Shown: positions 12,758 through 27,135, counted from the whole stretch's first letter. The stretch is 63,810 nucleotides of DNA, filler included, from Octopus bimaculoides (GCF_001194135.2; 5 parts of 5 records of this genome joined end to end with filler, not necessarily neighbours in it), one strand, 5' to 3'. Made by a program: numbers and translations. Notes: generated from the sequence alone by a model not told the origin.

Positions 12758-12904
12758 TTTCATATAAGTGAACAACCTGTTTACACATTCACAAAATGTT
12801 ATTTGACAAGTTCAAAAAATAAACGAAAGTGCTAATAATAATAATAATGAATAAATAAAAAATTTTTCCCCAAATTCTCATGACCTCCTTTTTTCTCAAA
12901 TATA
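12597..12904. mobile_element. MITE with long inverted arms and central poly(A)
   Basis: ttgagaaaaaagaggtca...ttttttgaacttgtcaaa pairs with tttgacaagttcaaaaaa...tgacctccttttttctcaa. A-run at about 12725-12752 in the centre. TA-rich flanks. Confidence 0.75.
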
Positions 12905-14217
12905 CAATATCTGTACACCACTTTTAACACTCTATACATACATACATACATACATACTTATAGCAATAAGAAAATGGAGGGGATAAAGAGGTGGTATTCA
13001 TCAAATTTTAGACATTATATTATGTCTATTTATTTATTAAAAAAATCATTATAACAATATAATGAAAAATACCCAGTACATTCTATAAAGTGGTTGGCAG
13101 TAGGAAGGGCATCTAGCTGAATGAACCTAATCAAAACAGACATTAGAGCACAATGCAGCCCTCCAACTGATCAGATCCTCTTGAACTGTTCAAGCCATGT
13201 TGGTTTCAGTGGTAGAATAGATAAAACATATCCCTGTATTTTGTAAAAGATGAGTAAAAAAGCTGGCATCAGGGAGGACAATTGATAATAAAACCCTAGT
13301 TCAAAACGTCCCATCCACTTCATGCCAGCATGGAAAAGCAAACATAAAAACAAAGATGGTGATGATAATGATGATGAATGATGATTATGATAATGATTAT
13401 GATGATGAGATACAATGAATATTTTATGTCTGCATTCCATGCTAGCATGGGTTGGTTAGGTTTATCTTGATACATTGTATTATGCTGAAGTGAGTAAAAT
13501 CAACAGCAACAGATAAACATTTTGAGTAATGCACTTAAACTCTTAAACATGCAAATATGCATAGTTTTAATCACATACCTATCTAAGCACACACACATAC
13601 ACACATGCACACGTAGACACACAAACATATAACTATATATATGTACAGAGGGAAAGATGAAGAAGAAAAGAAAGGGAAGGAGAAAGTCAGAGAGAAAGAA
13701 AGTCAATTGCTTCAGGAAGCCAACCTCATCACATTTTTTGCTCACAGACATCTAAAATAGGTTCTGGGTGTGAGGATCATGATAGACACATTTAATATCC
13801 TAATCTAATAACTAGATGCAATTGCTGAATCAGAATGTGTATATTCTAAGATTTCTCCAAAACATTAAACTGAGTTATTTATCTATTTATTTTATATCAC
13901 AAAAGAATTTGTACAAAGTTTCCGGCTTTCATTCTCGCTGATAAATATTGTCATAAAATGTACACATGCATGCAAGCATGCATGCATACAAACATAATTC
14001 CATAAACATCTCATGTAGACATACATATATATGTTTGTATATGCCCATATATATATATATATATATATATATACATGCACAAGTATTTTAATATACACAT
14101 ACATAAACACATATATACACACCTATTTATATATATATGCATGTGTATACATTTATACGTGTATATACATCAACATATATACATATATGTATATATAGAT
14201 ATACATATTTTTATATA

Positions 14218-14277
<60 letters not shown>

Positions 14278-14959
14278 NNNNNNNNNNNNNNNNNNNNNNN
14301 NNNNNNNNNNNNNNNNNNNNNNNNNNNNNNNNNNNNNNNNNNNNNNNNNNNNNNNNNNNNNNNNNNNNNNNNNNNNNNNNNNNNNNNNNNNNNNNNNNNN
14401 NNNNNNNNNNNNNNNNNNNNNNNNNNNNNNNNNNNNNNNNNNNNNNNNNNNNNNNNNNNNNNNNNNNNNNNNNNNNNNNNNNNNNNNNNNNNNNNNNNNN
14501 NNNNNNNNNNNNNNNNNNNNNNNNNNNNNNNNNNNNNNNNNNNNNNNNNNNNNNNNNNNNNNNNNNNNNNNNNNNNNNNNNNNNNNNNNNNNNNNNNNNN
14601 NNNNNNNNNNNNNNNNNNNNNNNNNNNNNNNNNNNNNNNNNNNNNNNNNNNNNNNNNNNNNNNNNNNNNNNNATATATATATATATATTTATATATATAT
14701 ATATATATACACACATATCTATACATATATATATATATATATACATACATACACATGTATGCATATATATACATATATATATTGTACATGTACATACATA
14801 TACTCACATATATATATTCTCTATATATATTTTTTATATATATATATATACCTTAGATATGTATAAGCAACACAGTATCACAGCATCATAGTATTGAATA
14901 CACCATGAAATGCTATTGTACACTGCTATTTACGATGCACTTGCATTTCTGTCTTGATT

Positions 14960-15390
14960 GCACCATACTTTCACATTGTGACCCAAATTGTTTTACTAAA
15001 TTGTCTTCCCATCACCATGGAGGCCTTTGAACTGGGTTTTTCTGATTTCTTGGATATAACTCAACCACTGCACTGTTCCAGCTGTCGTCTGTGAGCCTTG
15101 CGATATGTCCAACCCAGTGAAACTTGTGCTTTTAATATCCTGCAATCACATCATTCACTCTCTGTATCATTCTTGAATTATCTCATTTAGAATATGATAA
15201 TCCTATCTTGGATCTTTCCATAGCCCTTGATATTGTATCAAATTGATGGTTTATACTCTTCATAGTATCCCACATATCACTTGCATATAAGAACCCAGGT
15301 ACGATGGTACTATTGAAGATTCTGTCAGACTCTTCATTTACTAGAAGAAATAGATGTAGATATACATCTATTGCTTTGACTTGAGACATC
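14960..15390 (-). mobile_element. RTE-clade LINE reverse transcriptase C-terminal relic
   Basis: RIFNSTIVPGFLYASDMW...ISRAMERSKIGLS resembles RTE 'VFNQCVLPVLTYGSETW...AQRAMERSMLG'. Confidence 0.7.
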
Positions 15391-16477
15391 AGGCTTCACT
15401 ATTAAAGACTTATTCAACTAAATCAATTCATTAGCTTGTTAAGAGCAAATATCTGCAGTCCCAGTCAAATTAATATTATCATTGTGTGTGAGTGTCTTCA
15501 TTCGTATCATTGTCTTACATTCACTTTTCAAGTTGACATGAGAGGAACAGGTCATTGCTACTCTCTTAGACGCATCAAGTAATTCATTATGATAATATAT
15601 GACATGTTTTTTTTACAGCTGAAGGCCGCCTCCTCACACCAACCATTTAACAGAGTGAACTGTATAGATTTATATTCAATGTTAATGACCACCAATAAAT
15701 AAATGAAGACTAATGTTTAAACTTTAATTAAAGAAAAATCACTTCATAATAAATGCAGCACTTCTTTCTGCTTTTGAAAACAAAAATATAACTTAGGATG
15801 TTTCTTCTGATTTTGAATTAACACATAAAATTGAAATAAGATGAAATACGATAAAGAAGAGGAAAAATTTTAATAACTTTGCAAAAATAGGAAAATAATA
15901 ATAAAAAATAATTAAAAAAATGATAGGTAAACATTTAAAAACTTTGAGTTTGAAGTATAAAGATAAAAGACATGGTCAAGAATATTTTGGAGTATTTGTA
16001 TTGCCAAATGACTAAAAAGCATCAGCTCTGAAGTAAAACAACATTTGAAGATTCTGTATAATAAGTTTAAGGGAACTTGTTAATGTTGCATGATATTTCT
16101 ACTAAATATTGCCGAATATCTTTAAAGTTCCCTATTATTGCTAAATTGATATTGCACCTATAACGTCTAAACCTAAAAATATGGAGATGTTCCAAAATGG
16201 TAGAGCATTCACTTAACAAATGAAAGCACGACAACCTGAGGCTTATATTGACAAATTTTCATGTAGCACTTAAGCTAAAGGGATAAAATTGGCACCACAA
16301 TCAAGTGCTATATGTTATATTAATACTAATTACAAGAAAGTCAAGAACATGAAAGAAGAAAAAAATAAATGGAAGAGTGCCAAGATTTATTAACTTTTCA
16401 AGAACAATATCAAGAAGCAATGAGAGAAACATTTTTAAAAATCAAGAATGCATAAAATCGGTGTATACAGATATCGC

Positions 16478-16752
16478 TGCCTTGATTGGCTCCTGTGCTG
16501 GTGGCATGTAAAAAGCACCATCCGATCATGGTCAATGCCAGTCCATTCTAGCCCCTGTGCCTGTAGCACATAAAATACACCCACTACAATCTCAGAGTGG
16601 TTGGTGTTACAAAGGGTATCCAGCTGTAGAAACACTGCCAGATCAGACTGGAGCCTGGTGCAGCCTCCTGGCTTCTCAGATCCCAGTTGAACCGTCCAAC
16701 CCATGCCAGTATGGAAAATGGATGTTAAACGATGATGATGATGTTGATGAAG
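16478..16752 (+). mobile_element. RTE 3' UTR fragment with (GAT)n tail
   Basis: ctggtggcatgtaaaaagcacc...ccagctgtagaaac...accgtccaacccatgccagtatgg...gatgatgatg closely parallels 20215-20465. Confidence 0.75.
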
Positions 16753-19344
16753 ATGTATTTTTTCTAGATCTTAAACTTTCAGCAAAATTAACACAAAAAT
16801 GGTCATGAGCTCAAATGACGATTATACAATGAAGTTTAATCCAACCTGAAATCCTTAAAATCCTGTTTTAATACTTGGGTCATATGTAGTTTTCATTACT
16901 GAAGTACATAATGTATAATGATATGACAAAATGAATACAATATTTTTTACTAAAATATTTCTTTGGTTGTAATAAGTTTTCATGATTTGCTTAATGTGAT
17001 AAATTGCATACAGAATATTGCATATGATGTTTGTTATATTTTCATAACTGAATTTTTTATGCAAGTTGCACTTATTTGTTCTTGAAATTTAGTTCAATTG
17101 ACCTGTAATCTACTCTCAAGAGTTCATTAAAATTCCTTCATGCTGTAGTTTTGTTTGGGCTGAGATAACTGGGCTTATCCAACTAGAAAAATAAACCTAT
17201 TCATTCTTTTAGTAACCACACACAATATTCTGCATCTTGTGCAGCAGTCCAAGTGCAAATGATTCTGTTTACTGCACTAATACATTTAAGAAATGCACAT
17301 ATATTACAAACTCCCATTTTTTTTTCATTGTCATTCAAAGGTATTTGTACTAAATTAAGAAATCCTTCATAAATTTCTGTCAATGTAATTCATATGGAAT
17401 GTCATAATGTCAGAAATTTATTAAACACTTTTTTTTTTTTCACATAGTAAAAATAAAGTAATGTAAACAACAGTATCATTTTATATTCTAGCTCATTATA
17501 AGCTCATTTTATAGAAATGTATTTTGAGTGTTGTTGTCTTGTACTCCAGTTTTATCAATTGTGTGACATGTCATAGTTTGCGTTTGTGCAGAAATCTAAA
17601 ACTAAGATATTATTTTCAATTTTTTTAAAGAGTTGTTTATCTAAACTAGCTTAGAATAGTTCAATAATTTTTGTTTCCTATTTTATTTTCAATTTCTCTA
17701 TTTTATTGTATTATATACATAAATGTGTGGGTGTAGATAGATAGATAGACAGATAAAAAGAAAGAAAGAGCGATAAATCAATAACAAGAAAGATAAATAA
17801 ATAAATATAAAAAAGAAAGAAAAATAGATAGGTAGATAAATAGATAGGTAAACAGATAGATTGGTAGATAGGTAGATAGATAGATAGATAAATAGATAGA
17901 TAGATAGATAGATTTAGTGATAATATTATTGTACTGCAAAAAGAATAAAGTAGATGTTATGCACAATCTATTGTGTCTTTCCTTTCCCTGTCACTCTTTT
18001 CCTTCTATCTCTCTTTCTGTCTCCCTTTTTCTCTCTCCCTCCCTCTCTCTCTCTTTCTCACCGAACACTTGAATTGATTTCTTTTGCCTTTCATTTTCCT
18101 ATAATCAGCTAACAGAAAATTGTATTCCACAGAATATGATTATCAAGGTGCTAATCAATAAGCTAAAGGTTATTCCTCCTGGAAAACCAAACAGCATATG
18201 ATGCATTTAAAACTGGTCATTCACCTAACACATCTAAAGCTTCCAAGCAAAGAGTAAAGTTTGGAAAGGGTTTAAAAAGAATTTGTTGTTAGGTAGGTAA
18301 TTTCATACCCACATCCTTTAAATAGTAACGGCTTGTCATAAGTTACTGTTCATATTATATTTAAAGATCTCAAATCTATTTTTTTCTTAATAATCTCAAA
18401 CATAAATGTGATAATATCAATATTTCTATGGGATTTTGAAGTGTAATGCAGCAGTTATACTATAGAAACTATCTAGATACGGTGTTAGCGGTAGTTAACA
18501 TATAGTTCTACTCAGAAAACTCTTTGAAATCATACTTTTCTTTCCAATGTCATTATACAATATTTAATTCTCTGAAGAAGTTTCTTCTTGTATGTATTTC
18601 ACCACTTAGTTTATCGAAATCATTTAGCCCTTGTTGTTTCAAAGATTACTGAAGCATTTGTTGTTATTCATATATATGAAACAAAATTTTAGATCAGTAA
18701 GAAAGTATACAGAAATGTTGTTCTTCAGTATTTTATACAAAAACTTTTAAACACTAGGCAGATATTATTGCAATTTCAGTATTTTTTGCAAATGTAGTAT
18801 TTGGGGCTTGTAATAGGCAATAAAGCATGTGTGCTAAACACGAGAAAAGAAAAACAAAATGAGTGCCTGAACACTTCATAAAAGATATATTACATATTTG
18901 GCTGTACACTATGATTAAAAGTAGAATAAAAATTAGACAAGTTTGAAAAGAAAATAATTATCAGACCTAATTTCTGTTTTTTTTTTATATTAATTGATCC
19001 TTCAAGCATAAGAGTTCTCAATCAGGGATTTGCTGAAACAGCAGTCATCATAGGAGATTCCAATTGTCATATCACTAATTTTAAAGAAGTATTTAAAAAA
19101 TTGTATTTTGAGATGTTAATTTTCATTTCTTTTTCTTTTTGCAATGGTGACATGCTGAAACATTAATTAAAGTATCTAAAGGTTTAACACAGCTATTGAA
19201 TGGCTTGTTTTGAAAATTATGTTCATTCTTTACAAACATTGTTTAAGTAACTTAATCATTCCAGATAACAAGCATTCTTATAAAAGCTTTCTTCCTTATT
19301 TTCGCTTTACACTCAGCAGTGCATTTTGCTGAATTAAAATTATA

Positions 19345-19387
<43 letters not shown>

Positions 19388-19401
19388 TCATCATCATCAT
19401 C

Positions 19402-20468
19402 AACTGCAAAGATAATTTTTGTGTGTGGCAAATGCTCAGGGGCAGTAAACACTGAAAATGTGCAGAAAATAGCTTCTGTCACATTCCAGTGGGAGAAACT
19501 ACAAGTAGTCGAAAGCTTCCGTTGCCTAGGTGACCAAGTCAGTAGTGGTGGTGGTTGCTCTTAGAGAGTAGCTGCTAGAATAAGAATAACCTGGGCAAAG
19601 TTCAGAGAGCTCCTACCTCTGCTGCTGACAAAAGCCTCACACTCAGAGGAAAAAGTAGACTGTATGCCACATGTGTGTGAACAGCCATGCTACATGACAG
19701 TGAAACATAGGCCATGACTGCTAAGGACATGTGTAAGCTTGCAAGGAATGGAGCTAGTATGCTCCACTAGATGTGTAATGTCAGTGTAAGCACCCTGAGA
19801 AAAAAGTTGAGCATAAGAAGCATCAGATGTGGTGTGCAAGAGATGACTGCGCTAGTATGGTCATGTGTTGCTTATGGATGAGGACAGCTGTGTAAAAAAG
19901 TGTCACACCCTTGCAGTAGAGGGAACCTGTGAAAGAGGTAGTCCCAGGAAAACCTGGGATGAGATGTTGAAGCACAACCTTCGAGCATTGGGCCTCACTG
20001 AGGCGATGACAAATGACTGAATCCTTTGGAGATATGCTGTGCTTAGGAAGACCTGGCAAGCCAAGTGAGACCATAACTGTGGCCTATGCCAGTGCAGCAT
20101 AACCAACTTATTTAAGAGTACCCTTCAATCAATGGGCAATAAACTGCGCTTGCAAAGACCTGTTCAAGCAAATGAAGTCATTGTTGTGGCCGATGACAGT
20201 ACCGCCTGACTGGCTCCCATGCCGGTGGTATGTAAAAAGCACCATTTAAGCATGGCCAATGCCAGTAATGCCTGACTGTCCCTCGTGCCGGTGGCATGTA
20301 AAAAGCACCTGCTACACTCTCAGAGTGGTTAGCATTAGGAAGGCATCACATTGCCAGACTGGATTGGAGCCTGGTGCAGCCTTCTGGTTCGCCAGCCCTC
20401 AGTCAAACCGTCCAACCCATGCCAGCATGGAAAGCAGACGTTAAACGATGACAATGATGATGATGATG
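19402..20468 (+). mobile_element. 5'-truncated RTE LINE: RT C-terminus, 3' UTR and (GAT)n tail
   Basis: QVVESFRCLGDQVSSGGGCS, WAKFRELLPLL, GSPRKTWDE-like motifs, stop near 20066-68, 3' UTR ending in gatgatgat. Confidence 0.88.
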
Positions 20469-23400
20469 ATATATGTATATATANNNNNNNNNNNNNNNNN
20501 NNNNNNNNNNNNNNNNNNNNNNNNNNNNNNNNNNNNNNNNNNNNNNNNNNNNNNNNNNNNNNNNNNNNNNNNNNNNNNNNNNNNNNNNNNNNNNNNNNNN
20601 NNNNNNNNNNNNNNNNNNNNNNNNNNNNNNNNNNNNNNNNNNNNNNNNNNNNNNNNNNNNNNNNNTATATATATGTATATATGTAGTCTAGTAGTATCTT
20701 AAATTCTTTAAATACTAAATAACAAACTCACAGCTGATTGATAAAACAGCTTACAAATACGAATTATTTCTAATCCTTAAAGGATAAACATATTAAAGAA
20801 GTGAAATTCTTGATAGTAAAAGAATTCTATAGCAAAATATTGCTGAGGGATCTCTTTAAATAAATAGGGTTTAACTGTAAGATTACAGAATTTTATAATT
20901 ATTGTCATTATTTTGAGACAGAATCAGCAAGTGTTTGGCTTCATGCAGAAATTGAAACAAATCTGAGCTGAAGAAAATACCATTTACTAAAGAGATTATC
21001 CTGAGATATGTGAATGAGAAGAAAAATAATAATAGTGAAATGAAAAACAGACTGCATTATCAGATAAATTATGAGAATTGCTAAGAGAAAGTTCCCTTTT
21101 TCCTATCTTCTACTCTCCCTTCTCTCTCTATACCTTGTTTCTCTTTGTACACACACACACACACACACACACCTCTAAGTATTCTCTCTCTCTTCCTCAA
21201 TCTTTCTGCTTACTTATTCCTTATTCTCTCTACTCTTTTCTTTCAATCACTTCCTTTTACATTCTTAACTCCATTCATTAACATGGTTCAACAATTACTT
21301 AACACTTGAAAAATGATGCGTAATTGTTAAACATATAATATGCCCATTTGCTCAAGCCTATTGCAGAATACCAAATTGAGTGGAAAATATATTTAACTCT
21401 AAAATTGTTGGGGAAATCCTTTCCACTCTCAGATTTAAATGTTTTTAATGTTCTGTTAGAAAGACAGAAGTATGTTCAATGTCTTGGCATGTTATGTATA
21501 CACATGTGTATGTCTATGTATCATGCATGTGTGTATGTATGTGTGTGTGCATGTGTGGATTGTGTGTGTTTATGAAGTTAAGTGGAGAAAAGCATGGTAA
21601 TGCAATCAGGATGGTTAAGTTTGTGAATTTTGGAGAGGAAGTGATACTGGAGGGTTTGAACATTTTAAAGATGAGATTGGTGGCAGTGAGGAAGAGAGGA
21701 AAGGGTAAATAAATGGAGGTAACTATTTCTTGGTTTCAAAATGTGTCATATTTGCTATAGTAAAGCAAGCAACTCAATAATTTCTTTTCAAGCTCCTTTT
21801 TAAAAGTAGGAACTTTAATGCATTTAAGAAGTAACACCTACAGATCAGGTGTTATTTTATTGTTTTAAAAGGCAATAACCAAGAAAATTCGTGCTTGTTC
21901 TATGAAAATTGCACTTATTTCAAGAACAAGTTATATTGCGATCTTTGACATATGTCAGAAATACTTGTAGATACTTATGATATTCAGCAGAGTTACTGCA
22001 TACAGTGATATCCTCTAAATATGAGTAGGAAGATGTAAGATTGTTTTGGAAGATAATTTTTTTCATCAGTCGTTGAAAACCTGCTACAGAGTTCATAAGC
22101 TCAAATGGAAGTTTTGTATGCTGATATTATTTTTCAGAATATTTGGAAAAGAGCATAAGGACAGACTTTAACCATTATTGGAAGTTGATAATAGGTATCT
22201 TTTGCATCAAACTTGCTGAAATATATAAAAATGCCATGATCTAGCATGCATTAAACTCATCAATAACAGGCACCGCAAAAAAACATTATAAAGATGGCTG
22301 TGATAGTGGTTTAAAAATCAATAAGAATGTGTTGCTTGTAATTTACTAGGGTTTTCTTTTTGTTGTTGTTACTATAACTTGAGCTCTCCATTGCATGTTA
22401 CTCAGTTTTATAATATCTTTAATCAAGTATTTATTTCTTGTCTTATAAATTTGAAATTGTCTACAGACTATTTTCCTGTAGGTGTAGCAAGATGCTTTGC
22501 ATTTGGAGTTAAATAAATCTGATGAGTGAATTTGATAATACAAGAGTGGCTTCTAGGTCATTTAATTTTAAAATGTCACTGAAGAGTGCTGAGAAAGGAA
22601 ACTCTGTCTGAGTATAATATCTGAGCAGAGACTATGTACAACTAACAGCGACTACTATTTATACAGAATATATTATATTCTGCCTTTGTATAGTCCCACA
22701 AATAAGGAACTACGTTGTACTGACACCATCACATTATTCTCTCTAATTGGTTTAATGATGAAACTGTTTCACTTAACAAAATCAACCTTGATAAAGTTGC
22801 CAGTGCTTTACTGTCAACTGAAAGTTGCAGTGATTGATTGTTAATTACAGTATTAACAGAAGCATGAGAGAAAAGTTGTTCTAATAAAGCTAATGCAGTT
22901 AAGATTGGTTTATTACATGGGTTTAATTGTTTTCTGCTGATTATTATGCGAATTTGCACACTTGAACTGAGAAAACTGGCCTTTTTTCTCACATTTGTGA
23001 CACATGACATCTCTTGCTGGACATTTTCTATGGCTATGTCTGCACTTGCCAAAAAAAACAAAAAAAACAGACTACTTTTGAGAAAGCAGTTGCTAAATTA
23101 ACTTCTTGCCTGGAGTTCATTTTGTGATAACAGGAATATTTACAAGATTATATATGGGTATATGTATATATATATATATATNNNNNNNNNNNNNNNNNNN
23201 NNNNNNNNNNNNNNNNNNNNNNNNNNNNNNNNNNNNNNNNNNNNNNNNNNNNNNNNNNNNNNNNNNNNNNNNNNNNNNNNNNNNNTATATATACATAGAT
23301 AGATAGATATAGATATAGATATATATACATATACATATACATATAGTTATGATATATTCTGTTAAGAGGGTACTAAAGTACAGCATAAAACCCATCCACC

Positions 23401-23605
23401 TTCAGATTTCACCCTGTGCTATCCAGTTGTAATATTATACGCACTTCTAGGTTTGTGCTTGGGCTTCTGTCATGTATGAATAGATAATTGAAAAATGTGG
23501 ACTCAACAAGAAGAAGTATGGGTAGACATTTATTTTCAATCACTACAATTGTTTCTATGCAACGTAGTTCTCCAAACAGAGAACGTATGGAGACAATATT
23601 TACAT

Positions 23606-23775
23606 AGGCACAGGAGTGGTTGTGTGGTAAGTAGCTTGCTTACCAGCCACATGGTTCCGGGTTCAGTCCCACTGAATAGCAACTTGGGCAAGTGTCTTCT
23701 ACTATAGCCTCAGGCCGACCAAAGTCTTGTTAGTGGATTTGGTAGACGGAAACTGAAAGAAGCCAAGCCTGTCGT
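23606..23775 (+). mobile_element. tRNA-derived SINE (family with gggttcagtcccactg...gtagacggaaactgaaagaagcc)
   Basis: Related copies at about 1350-1510 (+), 49960-50100 (-), 52326-52490 (-), 54370-54530 (-) and 60345-60440 (-). Confidence 0.8.
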
Positions 23776-23988
23776 AAAATGAAGTAGAGAAATTTGAAAA
23801 GACAACACGAAACCGGTTATTTCTAAAAATACAATGTTTATATCCCAAAAAGATTTTATAACATTTTTTCTGACATAATTTAAATATATACTTTAACCAT
23901 GTAACACAAGCCTTCTGTAGTTTTTTCACTCTTATTATCTTTTATACATCCAACCACGTGCTTTCACATACCAACTTTCTCACCTATG

Positions 23989-24031
<43 letters not shown>

Positions 24032-24432
24032 TTGTGTGTCTGTGTTTGTCCCCCCAACATCGCTTGACAACCGATGCTGGAGTGTTTACGTCCGCATAAC
24101 TTAGCGGTTCGGCAAAAGGGATTGATTGAAGAAGTACTAGGCTTACAAAGAATAAGTCCTGGGGTCGATTTACGAAACTAAAGGCGGTGCTCCAGCATGG
24201 CCAAAGTCAAATGACTGAAACAGGTAAAAGAGTAAAAGAGTATATCACCTGAAAAAACACAACCTGATCTCATAATGCAGGGAAACAGTTGCATAATCAA
24301 GTACTTGTTTGCTTGGAGAACTATGTCATGTAGAAACAATTGTAGTGATTGAAAATAATGACCAATCGTACTCCTTCTTGTTAACTCCACATTATCCAAT
24401 TATATATATACATGCATATATATATATATATC

Positions 24433-24524
24433 CTAACAGAAATACCCGGCGTTGCCCAGGTTAAAGAGAATAATGAAATCTAAAAACGCCGTCTAGACTA
24501 CGCATCATCTTTATATATAGAGAT
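24433..24524 (+). mobile_element. Possible miniature non-autonomous Helitron/Helentron-type element
   Basis: ctaacagaaatacccggcgttgcccagg start motif and tatatatagagat end, in an (AT)n context. Family assignment from recalled end motifs only. Confidence 0.4.
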
Positions 24525-24849
24525 GTATATACACACACGTACCCAAACACACGTATATATATGTATATCAATATAAATATATGAAAGTCAATGAAGTTTC
24601 GTAAAAGAAGGTGATCATGTACATACTTTCTTGCTGTTGTGATTATAACACCTCATTGTAAACTATGTTCCTTGTTTTCCCTTGTGGAGCATATACAAAT
24701 AGGTTTTTTGTTGCTGCCCACTCTTGAGCAGCCAACATACAGTTGTCCATGTGAGAAGCAGGGCTCTTCCAAGAGAAGACCAGCTACAGACAGTGTTTGA
24801 CCCTGNNNNNNNNNNNNNNNNNNNNNNNNNNNNNNNNNNNNNNNNNNNN

Positions 24850-24861
24850 TTAATTAATTAA
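24850..24861. other. Artificial scaffolding linker TTAATTAATTAA inside a 100-nt N gap
   Basis: Stops in all six frames, 44 N on each side. Confidence 0.9.
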
Positions 24862-24905
24862 NNNNNNNNNNNNNNNNNNNNNNNNNNNNNNNNNNNNNNN
24901 NNNNN

Positions 24906-24948
<43 letters not shown>

Positions 24949-25425
24949 TCACACAAATATGTATGTATATGTACACGCGCACAGACACACTCATAAAGAC
25001 ACACAGAAACATGTAATTCTTTCTATGTAGATATCTTTATACGCCATGCCTTTTAAAAATATATTTATATGTATATACTTACATATGTATGAATGTATGT
25101 ATATATATATGCGCATGTAGTCTCTATGCCAATATGTATATATGAATATATACACACACACACACGTGATATTTATTTATTTCGCTTTGACATTAGGATA
25201 AACATTTTTTTTCACCATTGTGAAATGACAGAATTTTACAGCTTAAAGTGGCGGAATGATGTCTATACATATGGTGTGTGAGTGTATCCTATATACAGAC
25301 ACACACACACACACATACTCACACGCACAAACATATGTACGTGTGTGTGTATCTGTGTGTGTGTGTGTTTATAAGTGTATATGTGTATCTACACTTCTGC
25401 ATGCACACGCATACTCACATATATG

Positions 25426-25463
<38 letters not shown>

Positions 25464-26266
25464 NNNNNNNNNNNNNNNNNNNNNNNNNNNNNNNNNNNNN
25501 NNNNNNNNNNNNNNNNNNNNNNNNNNNNNNNNNNNNNNNNNNNNNNNNNNNNNNNNNNNNNNNNNNNNNNNNNNNNNNNNNNNNNNNNNNNNNNNNNNNN
25601 NNNNNNNNNNNNNNNNNNNNNNNNNNNNNNNNNNNNNNNNNNNNNNNNNNNNNNNNNNNNNNNNNNNNNNNNNNNNNNNNNNNNNNNNNNNNNNNNNNNN
25701 NNNNNNNNNNNNNNNNNNNNNNNNNNNNNNNNNNNNNNNNNNNNNNNNNNNNNNNNNNNNNNNNNNNNNNNNNNNNNNNNNNNNNNNNNNNNNNNNNNNN
25801 NNNNNNNNNNNNNNNNNNNNNNNNNNNNNNNNNNNNNNNNNNNNNNNNNNNNNNNNNNNNNNNNNNNNNNNNNNNNNNNNNNNNNNNNNNNNNNNNNNNN
25901 NNNNNNNNNNNNNNNNNNNNNNNNNNNNNNNNNNNNNNNNNNNNNNNNNNNNNNNNNNNNNNNNNNNNNNNNNNNNNNNNNNNNNNNNNNNNNNNNNNNN
26001 NNNNNNNNNNNNNNNNNNNNNNNNNNNNNNNNNNNNNNNNNNNNNNNNNNNNNNNNNNNNNNNNNNNNNNNNNNNNNNNNNNNNNNNNNNNNNNNNNNNN
26101 NNNNNNNNNNNNNNNNNNNNNNNNNNNNNNNNNNNNNNNNNNNNNNNNNNNNNNNNNNNNNNNNNNNNNNNNNNNNNNNNNNNNNNNNNNNNNNNNNNNN
26201 NNNNNNNNNNNNNNNNNNNNNNNNNNNNNNNNNNNNNNNNNNNNNNNNNNNNNNNNNNNNNNNNNC

Positions 26267-26760
26267 AAGGAGATCTTGTCCAACTAAAACCCGAGCGTCT
26301 TTTTGGTCAGCTGAAAGCAGTTTGGGCCCGCGTCTCACACCCAAATCTTCAGTGATAATGAACTGAACTGAACCGTAACTAATCTGCACTTCCTCTGAAA
26401 ACTCACGGATGGTGATGCGACGATTTCCTCTCACAGCTACACACACATCTGCAATGTTTTTTCTCAGTTCTTCTGGTTGTGGGTCTCCCAGAACCTTCGA
26501 CATTTTTTCTGCCACTCGTGCACTTGTGTGCCGCTCATACACTCCTCTCCATAACTTTCTCTGTCCTGTTCAATGCTACGATCATACGCTACACACGTTC
26601 CTTTCCAAGCTCTGATGTAAACAGCGGAATAGAGGTAGAATCTTAAAAGTTAGTGCGCATGCGCAGCAGCGTTCAAGGTCAATCTTTGCCAAGCGGCTTC
26701 ACTTTGCGTGCTTCAGCTTCGTCACTATGGCAACAGTCCAGATACTTATTGATCAGGCAT
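26267..26760 (-). mobile_element. Mariner transposase N-terminal relic, cut by gap
   Basis: VRGNRRITIREFSEEVQISYGSVQFIITEDLGVRR.PKLLSADQKDARV. TIR-like ctgatcaataagtatctgg at about 26738-26757. Confidence 0.85.
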
Positions 26761-26993
26761 TACGAGTTCAATAACCCGATGTAGGACTCAATACACGTAT
26801 GTTTCAGAACGAAACCTAGGCTAACCCTCGTTTGGTGTCCTTGATATTAAGATAACTTGATTCAAATGAATCCTACGAATATTCAATCACACACACACAT
26901 ACATATACATACATATACACACATAAATACATATACATATATATACGCACATATTCATACATATGCATATACACATATATAGCTAGATATATG

Positions 26994-27135
<142 letters not shown>

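Noticed and set aside
21870-23061. Possible Ginger/KRBA2-like integrase relic on the minus strand (NKPIL..., PFSALF)
   Set aside because: No clear catalytic motifs or termini, and similarity is too weak to call without a search.
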